DNA of 42,570 nucleotides from a virus (Duplodnaviria; Heunggongvirae; Uroviricota; Caudoviricetes): IMG/VR virus record IMGVR_UViG_2687453563_000006, positions 1 to 42,570 of that record; one strand, 5' to 3'. Shown piece by piece: positions 1 to 9,445 of this stretch (position 1 is its first letter; each line of letters starts with the position of its first letter). The notes under the pieces were generated by a model. It saw only the letters and a program-made list of their open reading frames with translations, ran no database searches and was not told where the DNA came from. The position numbers and the translations under genes were made by a program.

Positions 1-20
1 CACTGTTTATCCATACAGTT
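1..20 (+). promoter_or_regulatory. LexA (SOS) box-like site 1
   Basis: cactgtttatccatacagtt fits CTGT-N8-ACAG with AT-rich spacer, upstream of the dinI-like start. Confidence 0.55.
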
Positions 21-28
21 AAAAATAA

Positions 29-48
29 TACTGTATACAAACACAGTA
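29..48 (+). promoter_or_regulatory. LexA (SOS) box 2
   Basis: TACTGTATACAAACACAGTA is a near-consensus SOS box; ggaggg Shine-Dalgarno and ATG follow. Confidence 0.75.
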
Positions 49-61
49 TGGAGGGACTTTT

Positions 62-94
62 ATGCGTATTGAAATCTGCATAGCCAAAGAAAAA
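62..94 (+). pseudogene. dinI: dinI-like gene, 5' fragment (MRIEICIAKEK) truncated by IS1
   Basis: First 11 codons resemble DinI N-terminus (MRIEVTIAK...) from memory; SOS boxes upstream; reading frame runs into the IS1 end at 97. Confidence 0.5.
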
Positions 95-111
95 ATGGTA
101 ATGACTCCAAC

Positions 112-615
112 TTACTGATAGTGTTTTATGTTCAGATAATGCCCGATGACCTTGTCATGCAGCTCCACCGATTTTGAGAACGACAGTGACTTCCGTCCCA
201 GCCTTGCCAGATGTTGTCGCAGATTCAGGTTATGTCGCTCAATGCGCTGAGTGTAACGCTTGCTGATAACGTGCAGCTTTCCCTTCAGACGGGATTCATA
301 CAGCGGCCAGCCATCCGTCATCCATACCACGACCTCAAAGGCCGACAGCAGGCTCAGAAGACGCTCCAGTGTGGCCAGAGTGCGTTCACCGAAGACGTGC
401 GCCACAACCGTCCTCCGTATCCTGTCATACGCGTAAAACAGCCAGCGCTGACGTGATTTAGCACCGACATAGCCCCACTGTTCGTCCATTTCAGCGCAGA
501 CAATCACATCACTGCCCGGTTGTATGCGCGAGGTTACCGACTGCGGCCTGAGTTTTTTAAGTGACGTAAAACCGTGTTGAGGCCAACGCCCATAATGCGT
601 GCACTGGCGCGACAT
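112..615 (-). CDS. insB: IS1 InsB (transposase B' frame)
   Basis: 167 aa ORF with characteristic InsB sequence ([29 protein letters not shown]...). Confidence 0.9.
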   Translation of the reverse strand: MSRQCTHYGRWPQHGFTSLKKLRPQSVTSRIQPGSDVIVCAEMDEQWGYVGAKSRQRWLFYAYDRIRRTVVAHVFGERTLATLERLLSLLSAFEVVVWMTDGWPLYESRLKGKLHVISKRYTQRIERHNLNLRQHLARLGRKSLSFSKSVELHDKVIGHYLNIKHYQ

Positions 616-625
616 CCGACGCCAT

Positions 626-808
626 TCATGGCCATATCAATAATTTTCTGGTGTATACGGGCTGAGAGGCGGTGTAAGTGAACTGTAGCTGCCATGTTTT
701 ACGGCAGTGAGAGCAGAGATAACGCTGATGTCCGGCAGTACTTTTACCGTTACGCACCACGCCTTCAGTAGCAGAGCAGGAGGGACCACTGATGGAGATG
801 GAAGCCAC
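626..808 (-). pseudogene. insA: IS1 insA, truncated to 60 aa by a 1-nt frameshift after codon ASQP
   Basis: N-terminal 50 aa match canonical InsA as I recall it; after ASQP the frame reads [14 protein letters not shown] while the adjacent frame continues with the expected [15 protein letters not shown]... sequence. Confidence 0.7.
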
Positions 809-975
809 GGGAGCACCTCAAAAACACCATCATACACTAAATCAGTATGTTAGCAGCATTACCCCCACATTTTTTTGTTGCAATGCACACATAAAAAGAT
901 AACAATTGGTTACCCCTGTTACTATGTGAGCATATACAACTTGTTCAATTTCGCCATTTGGTTGCGATAGCCAAG

Positions 976-987
976 GGCGGTAGCGTA
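976..987 (+). promoter_or_regulatory. ops-like element (GGCGGTAGCGTA) within a JUMPstart-like sequence; putative RfaH recruitment site
   Basis: 11/12 match to the ops consensus GGCGGTAGCGTG as I recall it, preceded by CCAAGG, 44 bp upstream of the GT2 start codon. Confidence 0.55.
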
Positions 988-1030
988 GTATTTTACACAT
1001 AAGCAAAAAATTAATATATAAGCAAGTCAA

Positions 1031-1876
1031 ATGGAAAAGATATTAACGATAGTACGACATAAACCAGGTAGGTTCCGTTTTTTATTAAGAGCATTACATT
1101 CTGTTTATAACCAAACATTCAAGGAAGTAAAAGTAGCAATATATTGCATGGGTGCTGAACAGGATCTCTCTAAAGATGAGTATTCGTATATTAACACAAT
1201 CCAGGAAAAATATAACCTTAGTCTAATACCGTTCAATCAAGATGTATCAGAAATAATTAAAAAAAGTGATTGTGAATATATATGCTTTTTAGATGATGAC
1301 GATACCTGGGCTCCAGAGTATCTATCTCGCATTTCAAGTACGCTTACAGCGACACGTCTTAAATACCCGTCAATCAATGCCATAGCATGCCACAGTAATA
1401 AAGTGGTAGAGGTTGCGGAGAGAAATAGAATAATTATTAACACAACATACCCATGGAATCATTACTTAGCAGTTGGCCCGCTTAGTTTTGATGTAATTCA
1501 TTACAAGAATAGCCTTCCAATTTCATCATGTTTTTTTGTTAAGAACTCAATATTTAATATTATAAATAAACATAACTTTTCTTCGCCATCTTTCTTTTGG
1601 CCCTTCTTAATTGATTATTTATCACAAAATGATCTTTGGATTCTTCCAGAACCTTTAGCATTCTATCATTTTAGAGAAAGTACCGATTTCAAGTACGGCA
1701 ATTTCACAGAGATTAACAGAGAAGAATGTGAGATTGATTATAGATTAATGATTAACAATATGATGAGAGATAGCAAAAACTCTACGCTATTAAACACACT
1801 ACTATCAAACCTAACTAATAGCAATATGGTATATAAACTATCCAACATTGAAAACAAATTAAATGAAAGAAAATAA
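1031..1876 (+). CDS. Family 2-like glycosyltransferase, soluble, 281 aa
   Basis: Acidic DDDD motif (FLDDDDTWAP) typical of GT-A DXD; about 30% GC; no hydrophobic C-terminus. Confidence 0.6.
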   Translation: MEKILTIVRHKPGRFRFLLRALHSVYNQTFKEVKVAIYCMGAEQDLSKDEYSYINTIQEKYNLSLIPFNQDVSEIIKKSDCEYICFLDDDDTWAPEYLSRISSTLTATRLKYPSINAIACHSNKVVEVAERNRIIINTTYPWNHYLAVGPLSFDVIHYKNSLPISSCFFVKNSIFNIINKHNFSSPSFFWPFLIDYLSQNDLWILPEPLAFYHFRESTDFKYGNFTEINREECEIDYRLMINNMMRDSKNSTLLNTLLSNLTNSNMVYKLSNIENKLNERK

Positions 1877-3821
1877 AATGAATATAGAAAAATATGACAC
1901 GGTAAGCTTTGATATATTTGACACATTAGTTAGCAGGAGAATATATCGCCCAGCAGATCTTTTCTCACTAATGCAAATTGAAATAGCCAATAATTCTAAT
2001 ATTTTATTATCTGGCCATGAAGAAATAATAGATAACTTCGCTGAAATGAGGGTCCAGGCCGAAGTTTCAGCGAGAGCTAAACGAGTCAATAAATTCGGAG
2101 GTGAACCAGAAGTTACTATTTTTGAAATATATGATGAAATTAAAGAGTTAAACGTTGGCATCTCAAAAGAAATTATCAACCAACTTATTCAACTGGAAAT
2201 CAGCACTGAAAAAGCAGTATTATATAAAAATAATTCAGGATATAAACTATTTCAGGCAGCAGTAAAAAATGGTTCGAAAATAATTATAATAAGCGACATG
2301 TATTTCCCAACTAGTATTTTAAAGGAATTGTTAATTTCATGCGGCTATAATGTTGATAACATCCCCATATACTCATCAGGAGAAATGCGCGCATCAAAAA
2401 ATAGCGGGGAATTATATACTCTTATAAAAGAACGTGAGAAACCTCGTCAAAATTCTTGGCTACATGTTGGAGATAATCCTCGTTCTGATATAAGTAATGC
2501 TAAAAAACATGGAATCCATACAATTCAAGCGGACTGGTCTGAATACGAGCATGGCACATCTTTTCATTGGAGAGCAAAAGATGTTGTTGGCGAATCATTA
2601 TATAAAGCTTTATCACTTAAACAAACCTCATCATTTTACACAAAAGATCCATTAACTGAGATTGGTTTTAAAGTATTTGGGCCTTTACTTTTAGGCTATA
2701 TATCATGGATGTCAAACCAGTTAAAAGTCCATAAAATTGATAAAGCTCTTTTCCTTGCTCGTGACGCACACTTAATTTACAAAATTTATAACAAATACTT
2801 TTCAGACGATCAGATAGAAAGCGAATATGTGTATATTTCTCGTGCCTCTTCTTATATGATAGGTATGACAGACTGGCCAATGCATAGAATATGGCATCTT
2901 TTTGGCGGTAAAAATAAAAAGAGTCTAAAGAAAATTCTTTCTATAGCTGGATTAGACGCCAAAAAATATATTTCAGATATACACAACGTTGGTTTTCCCA
3001 ACGAGGAATATATACCTAAACAAGGTGATGAACATAAAGTTCACTGGCTAATAAATAAACTATTTTCTAATATCTTATTAAAAAACACTCAAAATAGAAA
3101 TGAGTATTCTGGTTATTTTAAAAAAGCTTGTGGTGAACATAAAAATATTGCATTGATAGATGTTGGCTGGATGGGGAATATACAATCCGTTTTCGCTCGC
3201 TCACTTAGCGATGGCTGGGCTACTAAGAATATACACGGATTTTATTTGGCAACATTTCATGGTGCAAATGATAACCGCTCAATATACAATAAAATGTTTG
3301 GTTGGTTAGCGAACTACGGTATACCTCAAGAAAAATGTGATCTTTTCTTTGCTGGTGGCATTGAACTGATGGAGTTCGCTATGGCTGACAACACAGGCTC
3401 CACAATAGGTTATAAAAAGACTGCTGACGGCATTATCCCCGTAAGAGAAAAAAACAGTGATTCTGAGGTTAGCTATTTAAATAAAGCACAGCGACTTCAG
3501 TCAGGAATTATTGCTTTTTTCGAATATTTACATCCTTTATTAAATAAAGAAAATATTGATGAGTTAAACAGTACAACACTGTCTGAGCCATTCTTTCAAT
3601 TAGTCTCTAATCCAACAACCTACCAAATTGAGGCATTGTCGTCACTCACTCATTCAGAATCGGTTGGAGGTAACGCGGAAAGGATTATGCTGGCAAAAAA
3701 ACTACCTTTAAAAGAAAGGCTGTTCCCCGGTAAAATTTACGCATCAGAATTAGAGACCAGTTACTGGAAAGAGGGCTTTAAAAGATTAAACAGAAAGAAA
3801 TTTTGGGCAAAATACAACTAA
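1863..3821 (+). CDS. HAD-superfamily hydrolase domain fused to about 400 aa C-terminal domain of unknown function (652 aa)
   Basis: HAD motif I FDIFDTLV, motif II ISDM, motif IV GDNPRSD in the N-terminal 230 aa; overlaps GT2 stop by 14 nt (alternative start 1878); AT-rich. Confidence 0.6.
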   Translation: MKENKMNIEKYDTVSFDIFDTLVSRRIYRPADLFSLMQIEIANNSNILLSGHEEIIDNFAEMRVQAEVSARAKRVNKFGGEPEVTIFEIYDEIKELNVGISKEIINQLIQLEISTEKAVLYKNNSGYKLFQAAVKNGSKIIIISDMYFPTSILKELLISCGYNVDNIPIYSSGEMRASKNSGELYTLIKEREKPRQNSWLHVGDNPRSDISNAKKHGIHTIQADWSEYEHGTSFHWRAKDVVGESLYKALSLKQTSSFYTKDPLTEIGFKVFGPLLLGYISWMSNQLKVHKIDKALFLARDAHLIYKIYNKYFSDDQIESEYVYISRASSYMIGMTDWPMHRIWHLFGGKNKKSLKKILSIAGLDAKKYISDIHNVGFPNEEYIPKQGDEHKVHWLINKLFSNILLKNTQNRNEYSGYFKKACGEHKNIALIDVGWMGNIQSVFARSLSDGWATKNIHGFYLATFHGANDNRSIYNKMFGWLANYGIPQEKCDLFFAGGIELMEFAMADNTGSTIGYKKTADGIIPVREKNSDSEVSYLNKAQRLQSGIIAFFEYLHPLLNKENIDELNSTTLSEPFFQLVSNPTTYQIEALSSLTHSESVGGNAERIMLAKKLPLKERLFPGKIYASELETSYWKEGFKRLNRKKFWAKYN

Positions 3822-4063
3822 TCTAAATCCATTATCTTTAAGAAGATTGATAATACTATCGGTTGTGTGTCGATAGCATCAATCTGCTTAAAAGCAATAT
3901 CAATCCCATGGCCGGTAACTCTTGTATACGGTTACCGGACAAAACATACAGCTCACCAGTCAACAACTGGACAGCCGCTAAGCCAAAGAGATTGAACTCA
4001 CCTCACCGGGGGTATAGACTTGCCTTGATTCACAACAAATTGATTTCTCGAAAGAGATTTTTC

Positions 4064-4099
4064 TCCCTCCCGGTTCCCGACCGTGAGGGATTTTTTTTT
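4064..4099 (+). terminator. Intrinsic terminator downstream of the GT2/HAD operon
   Basis: tccctcccgg...ccgtgaggga stem followed by a T9 run. Confidence 0.6.
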
Positions 4100-4185
4100 G
4101 CCAAACGTGCTGATATGCCCCTTACCCATTTACTTTATATGGCTATACCATTAGCATGCGCGCCGCTTTGTTATAAACTAGGTGA

Positions 4186-4231
4186 TGGTGCCGATAATAG
4201 GAGTCGAACCTACGACCTTCGCATTACGAAT
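4186..4231 (-). other. thrW: 46 bp 3'-terminal fragment of tRNA-Thr (thrW type) = prophage att core (distal junction)
   Basis: Reverse complement reads ATTCGTAATGCGAAGGTCGTAGGTTCGACTCCTATTATCGGCACCA (anticodon-arm 3' half, T-arm, acceptor, CCA); the match ends where the D-arm should begin. Confidence 0.8.
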
Positions 4232-4465
4232 CTGTAGCACCAATCATAACTATCTGTTTTAGCAAGCATTAACCGCATTCACTAAGCTATAGTTGATGGC
4301 ACAAACAGAAAGTTGATGCATGATGTTGTCATGCGTATGTCACAAATACGGCACAACAATCTTCAAATATGTAGACACACATCCACAGGAGAGCACAAAG
4401 CCTTGCAATACAGTGCAAAGCCTTGTGTGTCTCAGTTTTGTCCTGTGTGCCAGATATTGAATGGC

Positions 4466-5068
4466 CTACGCCTCCGGCAGTTCAGGCCAGATGACATCCG
4501 GCGCGGTGCTGGTATCTGTTGCCGTCACCGCGTCAATGTAATCCAGCGCAGCGTTAAGTCGGGCGGTTTCTGCCTGCGTCAGATTCCGTCCGGCCCGTAA
4601 TTTCAGCTGAATCAGACTAATGGAAGCCATTGCAGCATCAATCAGCGACTGGCGCTGTGCTTCTGCCGCGTCTACTGCGGCACTATGCTGTGCCTCGGTA
4701 TCCGTCACCCATTTCTCACCATCCCATTTATCGTATGGAGATAAAGGGGCGATAGTGGTTGTATTTTCGGGGTAATCACCCAGAGCTGTGATTTCTTTCG
4801 ATTCTCCTGTTTCGGTGCTATAGATGATTTCACCGCGATGGTCTGACACATATTCCCATGAGTTAAAATCTGCAGAACGGCAGATTGCATAACCAGCTTT
4901 ATGTGTAACTGGTGCATCTAAACAAGAACATGCCGGGATACCGACGCCAACGGCAAGATATTCTGTTGATGATGAAATGTATTCCCGTGTCGTGTTGTCA
5001 TAGTTATAGACGGTAATATCACCCGCTACTGTGGCAATAAATTCACTGTTTAATTTTGCCTGTGTCAT
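4466..5068 (-). CDS. Tail fibre assembly protein (Tfa-like)
   Basis: 200 aa; position after the tail fibre gene; start overlaps the upstream stop (TAATG). Confidence 0.7.
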   Translation of the reverse strand: MTQAKLNSEFIATVAGDITVYNYDNTTREYISSSTEYLAVGVGIPACSCLDAPVTHKAGYAICRSADFNSWEYVSDHRGEIIYSTETGESKEITALGDYPENTTTIAPLSPYDKWDGEKWVTDTEAQHSAAVDAAEAQRQSLIDAAMASISLIQLKLRAGRNLTQAETARLNAALDYIDAVTATDTSTAPDVIWPELPEA

Positions 5069-5769
5069 TATGCAGCCCTCACGATGTAGTTAAATGCAAT
5101 GTTGCGGGGGCGCGTTTCATTTCCGCCGGTGTCGCCGGTATCTCTGCCTGCATTACCGGAATAGTCGTATACAGCGCCAGTCCCTCCCCCTGCGGCATAG
5201 CCTGTAAAAAACGTAAATGAGTGGTGGTGCGCTTTAAATAAATCGGACTGCGCCGAGAGAAGCGCGCGCCCTGCATCCACCCCGCGCCCATCATCCCATC
5301 CACGAATAAACTCACCACGTAAATCAGGCAATTTATTTGTCGGATAAGCCTTTGCTAGTTCCGGGTATTCTTCTGCAGAAAAAGGCGCACCATTGCATTT
5401 CAGCCAGCCTGTTGGCGGAGTGGCTGAAGGCCATGGAACAGGCACACCAACAGGTAATGCAGAGCCTTCTCCCAAACCAAGGTTTTCGAGAGCCGTTTCC
5501 ACCGTGCCGTCCGATTTGATATCGCCAAACGGATTCTTGCGGCTTAACAGCAGCGCACGAAGTGCGGTAAGCAGCTGGTCATGCCGCCCTTTCTCCAGGC
5601 TGGCACCGGAGGCCTCCACCACGCTACAAAGTTCTTCCTGCAACATGTCAAAGTAGTCATCATCCAGATCGGTGGCAGGTGTGCCGGTCTGGGGGTTACC
5701 ACGGGTAAAACCGTTCTTACCCGCGCCGAACTTATCCTTCTGCGCGGTTTTCGTGTCTATACGATGCAT
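5068..5769 (-). CDS. Tail fibre protein (short)
   Basis: 233 aa Gly/Thr-rich; located between baseplate genes and Tfa. Confidence 0.65.
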   Translation of the reverse strand: MHRIDTKTAQKDKFGAGKNGFTRGNPQTGTPATDLDDDYFDMLQEELCSVVEASGASLEKGRHDQLLTALRALLLSRKNPFGDIKSDGTVETALENLGLGEGSALPVGVPVPWPSATPPTGWLKCNGAPFSAEEYPELAKAYPTNKLPDLRGEFIRGWDDGRGVDAGRALLSAQSDLFKAHHHSFTFFTGYAAGGGTGAVYDYSGNAGRDTGDTGGNETRPRNIAFNYIVRAA

Positions 5770-5772
5770 GGA

Positions 5773-6357
5773 TTACTCCGGATATTTAAAAATTACGTAG
5801 GTATGCGGCGGGCAGAGTTTGTTAAGCACGCACTCGACAACGGTGTCGCCCCAGATACGCAGTGCGGAATCACAGGGATCGCCACATGTCATCCAGGTGG
5901 TGTTGGTGGCGGCTGGCATGTTGACCTGCCAGTAATACCGCCATTCCGGCGCATTCACCGCGTCAGTACAGGCCGATGAGCAGGTGAACGTGCTTTTGTC
6001 GTATCGCGTGATGGTGGCATCTGGTCTGCCCAGGGCAGCAAGCTGTGCAAGATAAAAATCCTCGTTGATGCCGCCCGCCAGGTTAACCTTCGCATCCAGC
6101 CGTTGCTGGCGCTGGCGAAGGGTCTGCGTTCCCGCCGGAATACATTCATCCGGCAGACCGCACAGACGCTCCCAGCGGTTTATCAGTTCAGTGGTGGTGC
6201 GCGGATCCAGCTCCCGCATCAGGGCATCCGCACGCTGATGAACGCGGGTTAATGACGGTGCCGCACCGGCAATCGACGGATCGCTGGCTGACCACGCCGG
6301 ACCGGGGGGCAACAGTGCCGACAACAGACGGATGTAATCATCGTTTGTCACGTCCAT
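5773..6357 (-). CDS. Tail/baseplate protein, Mu gp48-like
   Basis: Position after baseplate J; 194 aa. Confidence 0.6.
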   Translation of the reverse strand: MDVTNDDYIRLLSALLPPGPAWSASDPSIAGAAPSLTRVHQRADALMRELDPRTTTELINRWERLCGLPDECIPAGTQTLRQRQQRLDAKVNLAGGINEDFYLAQLAALGRPDATITRYDKSTFTCSSACTDAVNAPEWRYYWQVNMPAATNTTWMTCGDPCDSALRIWGDTVVECVLNKLCPPHTYVIFKYPE

Positions 6358-7406
6358 GAAATCGTCCCCAGTACCGCCAGTTCATTTTTTGCAATGGAGA
6401 TATTGTCTGCCGGTGCAAGCAACTGATGGCTGTATTCCCCGTTCGCACCGGAAATCGCTTCACTGATACGTGACACCTTCAGTTCTCCCTGCGGATAACC
6501 ATCACGCAGCAGGAACGAACGCAACTCGGCGGTGATGGCAGCCCGTATTTCCGGTGTGTCCGGCGTCACGCGGATATGAAAATCCACTTTATGCGCCACC
6601 GGCCTGAACACATACAAATCAGAGCCTGCCACCGGGGCCAGTGGCCCGATATGTTGTCTTGCCGCCGTTTCCGTTGATTCTTCCGGAATGGGATTAATCA
6701 GGTCACTGCTGGCAATCATCACACCGACAGTTCCCGTTCCCATCCAGTGACGGTATGTCCATGCGCGGGTAATGCCGGGCACTTCTTTAGCCCAGACGAC
6801 ATAGTCCCCGTCAGCCCCGCCCTGCGGCGTCCAGTAATACCGCTCAATGACGCGGGCGCGCCACGTTTCCAGATCTTCAGTATCGAATCCGCCAGTCAGG
6901 GTATCTGCAACACCGGAAGACGGCAGACCATTCACCGGCGTGACCAGGATTAATGCCGTACCGTCGTCAGCGTTACCGACCGCGCCTGTAGTTGAGCAAG
7001 TGATCGGCACACGCAGGACACCACCGGAGCTGGTTGCATCGGCAGTTGCCGTGTACTGAACCAGGTCATCGCGCTGAATCACGCTCCCGGCAGTCACCTT
7101 CAGGCCATCGCTGACACCTTCCCAGCGCATATACCCGCTGGCAGCCGTGGCCCCCTTGCGCGGACACCGTTTCATCGCAGCATGTCGCGCCAGCCAGGAC
7201 TCATCGCACAGGTCAGGAAGCATATTCATTGCCAGATAATCGATGTACCCGTAAACCGTATGCAGCGCCGCCGCATACACCTTTGCCCGCACGTCTTCAT
7301 CCATGCGCCGGAGCGTGTCGCTGACGTCCAGCCTGGCGAATAAATCGTTACGGAGCATACTGATATTTTCTGCCAGCGTCGGGCGCTGAAATTCACTGTC
7401 CGCCAT
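6348..7406 (-). CDS. Baseplate J-like protein (Mu gp47-like)
   Basis: 352 aa; synteny in Mu-type tail module. Confidence 0.7.
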   Translation of the reverse strand: MADSEFQRPTLAENISMLRNDLFARLDVSDTLRRMDEDVRAKVYAAALHTVYGYIDYLAMNMLPDLCDESWLARHAAMKRCPRKGATAASGYMRWEGVSDGLKVTAGSVIQRDDLVQYTATADATSSGGVLRVPITCSTTGAVGNADDGTALILVTPVNGLPSSGVADTLTGGFDTEDLETWRARVIERYYWTPQGGADGDYVVWAKEVPGITRAWTYRHWMGTGTVGVMIASSDLINPIPEESTETAARQHIGPLAPVAGSDLYVFRPVAHKVDFHIRVTPDTPEIRAAITAELRSFLLRDGYPQGELKVSRISEAISGANGEYSHQLLAPADNISIAKNELAVLGTISWT

Positions 7407-7821
7407 GCGTTATCGCACTCCACAGATCATCAAAAGAAATCATTACCGGTCCGTCACGACGCCAGAGAGTGATACTGTTACCCAGTTCATTAATCCCGGT
7501 GCGGCGGATATCCAGATCAATACGGGACACCACGCCGTCATCAATCATCCATTGCAGGCATTCGCGGATATACCCCCTTACCGTCTGCACCAGCTGATTG
7601 GTCAGTTTGCTGCGCTGAAGCAGCCACAGTCGGGAGCCGTAACGGTCATTCTGTACCGCAGGCCAGGTATCCCCCCACCATCCCATCGGGACGTCGGCGT
7701 TGTCATCAGGCTCCGCCCGCCGCCAGGTAAACAGGGAAATCACCACGGCGCGGGTCAGCGGATCCAGCGGTGCGCTGGCGCAGGTGCGTTTACCGTTCAC
7801 CGTCAGCCACAGTTCCATCAT
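7393..7821 (-). CDS. Baseplate protein, Mu gp46-like
   Basis: 142 aa; synteny. Confidence 0.6.
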   Translation of the reverse strand: MMELWLTVNGKRTCASAPLDPLTRAVVISLFTWRRAEPDDNADVPMGWWGDTWPAVQNDRYGSRLWLLQRSKLTNQLVQTVRGYIRECLQWMIDDGVVSRIDLDIRRTGINELGNSITLWRRDGPVMISFDDLWSAITHGGQ

Positions 7822-8366
7822 GCCTCCATCGCTTTATCAGGTTTGTCGGTGTTACTACCCTGACCGTTCTCTCTGTGACGATGCCCGTTATAGGCAAGCC
7901 GCATCGCTGACATGGTGGTGCCGCTGGAGTCGCACAGGTCTTTCACCTGTCCTGTCACTTCCAGGTCCATTTCAAAACGTGCTTTAGGTGAATTGCGAAA
8001 CGTGATCGTTTTACCTGCACCGTCCACCACGATCCCCTCCCGGGTCAGCGTCACGGACTGCCCCTGATCGTCATAGACAGCCACCTCACCCGTCTGCAGC
8101 CCTTTCAGGCGGTAGCGCCGGTCCGACACCGTAACAACCACCGCATGAGAACGGTCGCCATCCGGAAACAACACCACCGCTTCCGCACCGCTGTTTGCCC
8201 TTGCGGTAAAACCGTAGGGTTCAAGATGTTCAACCCCGGCTTTGGGTTCACCGGCAATCAGGGACACATCCACGGTCTGACATTTCGTGGCGGCACTGAT
8301 GCTTTTCACCACTGCCCGCCCAATCAGGCCGAGGAGTTGTCGCTGCATGGCTTCAATCGTCCTCAT
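7818..8366 (-). CDS. Baseplate assembly protein V-like (spike, Mu gp45-like)
   Basis: 182 aa; synteny. Confidence 0.6.
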   Translation of the reverse strand: MRTIEAMQRQLLGLIGRAVVKSISAATKCQTVDVSLIAGEPKAGVEHLEPYGFTARANSGAEAVVLFPDGDRSHAVVVTVSDRRYRLKGLQTGEVAVYDDQGQSVTLTREGIVVDGAGKTITFRNSPKARFEMDLEVTGQVKDLCDSSGTTMSAMRLAYNGHRHRENGQGSNTDKPDKAMEA

Positions 8367-9445
8367 CAGAACGGGTCCTCCTGTACTCTGGCTTTTTTCT
8401 TTTTCCGCGCGCCGGGGGCTTCGGGTTCAGGCAGATAAGCATCAGGTGGGCCGACACGGATTTCCGTCAGGGTGCCGTTCTGGTCCTGAGTAAACGTGAC
8501 TTCCGAAACAAGCAGTTCGGTATTGTCGAAACCACAGACCGGATCAAAGACAATCACCCGCTGGTTGGGCTGCCACAGCGTACCGTTACCCTGTCGCCAG
8601 CCCTGCACCACATAGGTGGTTTCATCCGTCCGCGCCGCCCGTTGCCGGGCTTCAAAGTCAGCACGCGCAATACAGCCTGCCCCCGTAGCCTGCCCTGTCT
8701 GCCTGATATACATCGGACGGTAACGGGCAATAAATGCGTCCTCTGTGCGGGCCCGCAGCGCGGTGGTGGTGGCCTCACCGAAATCATCGTCGTTTCCGGC
8801 ACGCTGCCCCGCCACCTGGTAAACAGAAAATCGCTCCCGGATACTCTTCTCCGTATCGCAGGAAAGGATGTTTTCCCCGAGTACCAGCGCAGTATGTGCC
8901 CGCGTTGAGCCAATACCGCCAATCACCAGCCTGCCGTGCGGGTCGTCGTAAGCCAGTGCCTGCTGCTGACCGAGTATTTTGTTGATTACCTCAATCACCG
9001 TTTCACCGTGATCAGGCTGAACATCAGGAATAACACCCGACGGCGCACCGCTGTTCACCACCTCAATGCCGAAAGGCGCAGCAAGCGCCTGCGCAATCTG
9101 TACCAGCGATCGTCCGTTAAACTGTGTCGGTTCGGCTGCACAGTCAATCAGGTCAGCGGTCAGACTGCGTCCGGCAATACCGGTGCTGACCGAACGGGCA
9201 TCGTAACGAACGGGCGTCGCCTCCACCCAGCCGGTGATCACCAGCTCATCACCAATCAGCACTTCCACTTTTGAACCATTTTTAATGCGCGGCTGAAGCG
9301 TGGTGATACCCTCATCTCCCGGCCACTGGCGGGTGATCTCCACACTGAAATCCCGCGCCAGCCGTTCAATACCGGCACCGATGCGCACCGATGTCCAGCC
9401 ATTCCACTCCCGGCCATTTACCCGTAGCGTGACATTGTCGTTCAT
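8366..9445 (-). CDS. Tail protein, Mu gpP / P2 gpD-like
   Basis: 359 aa; between DNA-circulation-like gene and baseplate genes. Confidence 0.6.
   Translation of the reverse strand: MNDNVTLRVNGREWNGWTSVRIGAGIERLARDFSVEITRQWPGDEGITTLQPRIKNGSKVEVLIGDELVITGWVEATPVRYDARSVSTGIAGRSLTADLIDCAAEPTQFNGRSLVQIAQALAAPFGIEVVNSGAPSGVIPDVQPDHGETVIEVINKILGQQQALAYDDPHGRLVIGGIGSTRAHTALVLGENILSCDTEKSIRERFSVYQVAGQRAGNDDDFGEATTTALRARTEDAFIARYRPMYIRQTGQATGAGCIARADFEARQRAARTDETTYVVQGWRQGNGTLWQPNQRVIVFDPVCGFDNTELLVSEVTFTQDQNGTLTEIRVGPPDAYLPEPEAPGARKKKKARVQEDPF

Larger units (their letters stand above)
97..863 (-). mobile_element. IS1 insertion sequence, 767 bp
   Basis: Terminal inverted repeats ggtaatgactccaacttactgat (97-) and its partner ending at 863; InsA and InsB reading frames inside. 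Confidence 0.95.

Noticed and set aside
1031-3821. gtrABC-type O-antigen glucosylation cassette
   Set aside because: No small GtrA-like flippase, the GT2 protein lacks C-terminal membrane helices, and the second gene is a HAD-domain fusion rather than a polytopic GtrC-type transferase.
4186-4231. Possible complete tRNA-Thr gene
   Set aside because: Only the 3' 46 nt match; the sequence where the D-arm and 5' acceptor strand should be is unrelated, so this is an att core fragment, not a functional tRNA.
3863-4237. 124 aa plus-strand ORF spanning the region between the HAD gene and the tail fibre assembly gene
   Set aside because: It runs through the intrinsic terminator and the 46 bp tRNA-derived att core; composition is not protein-like. 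Treated as non-coding junction DNA.
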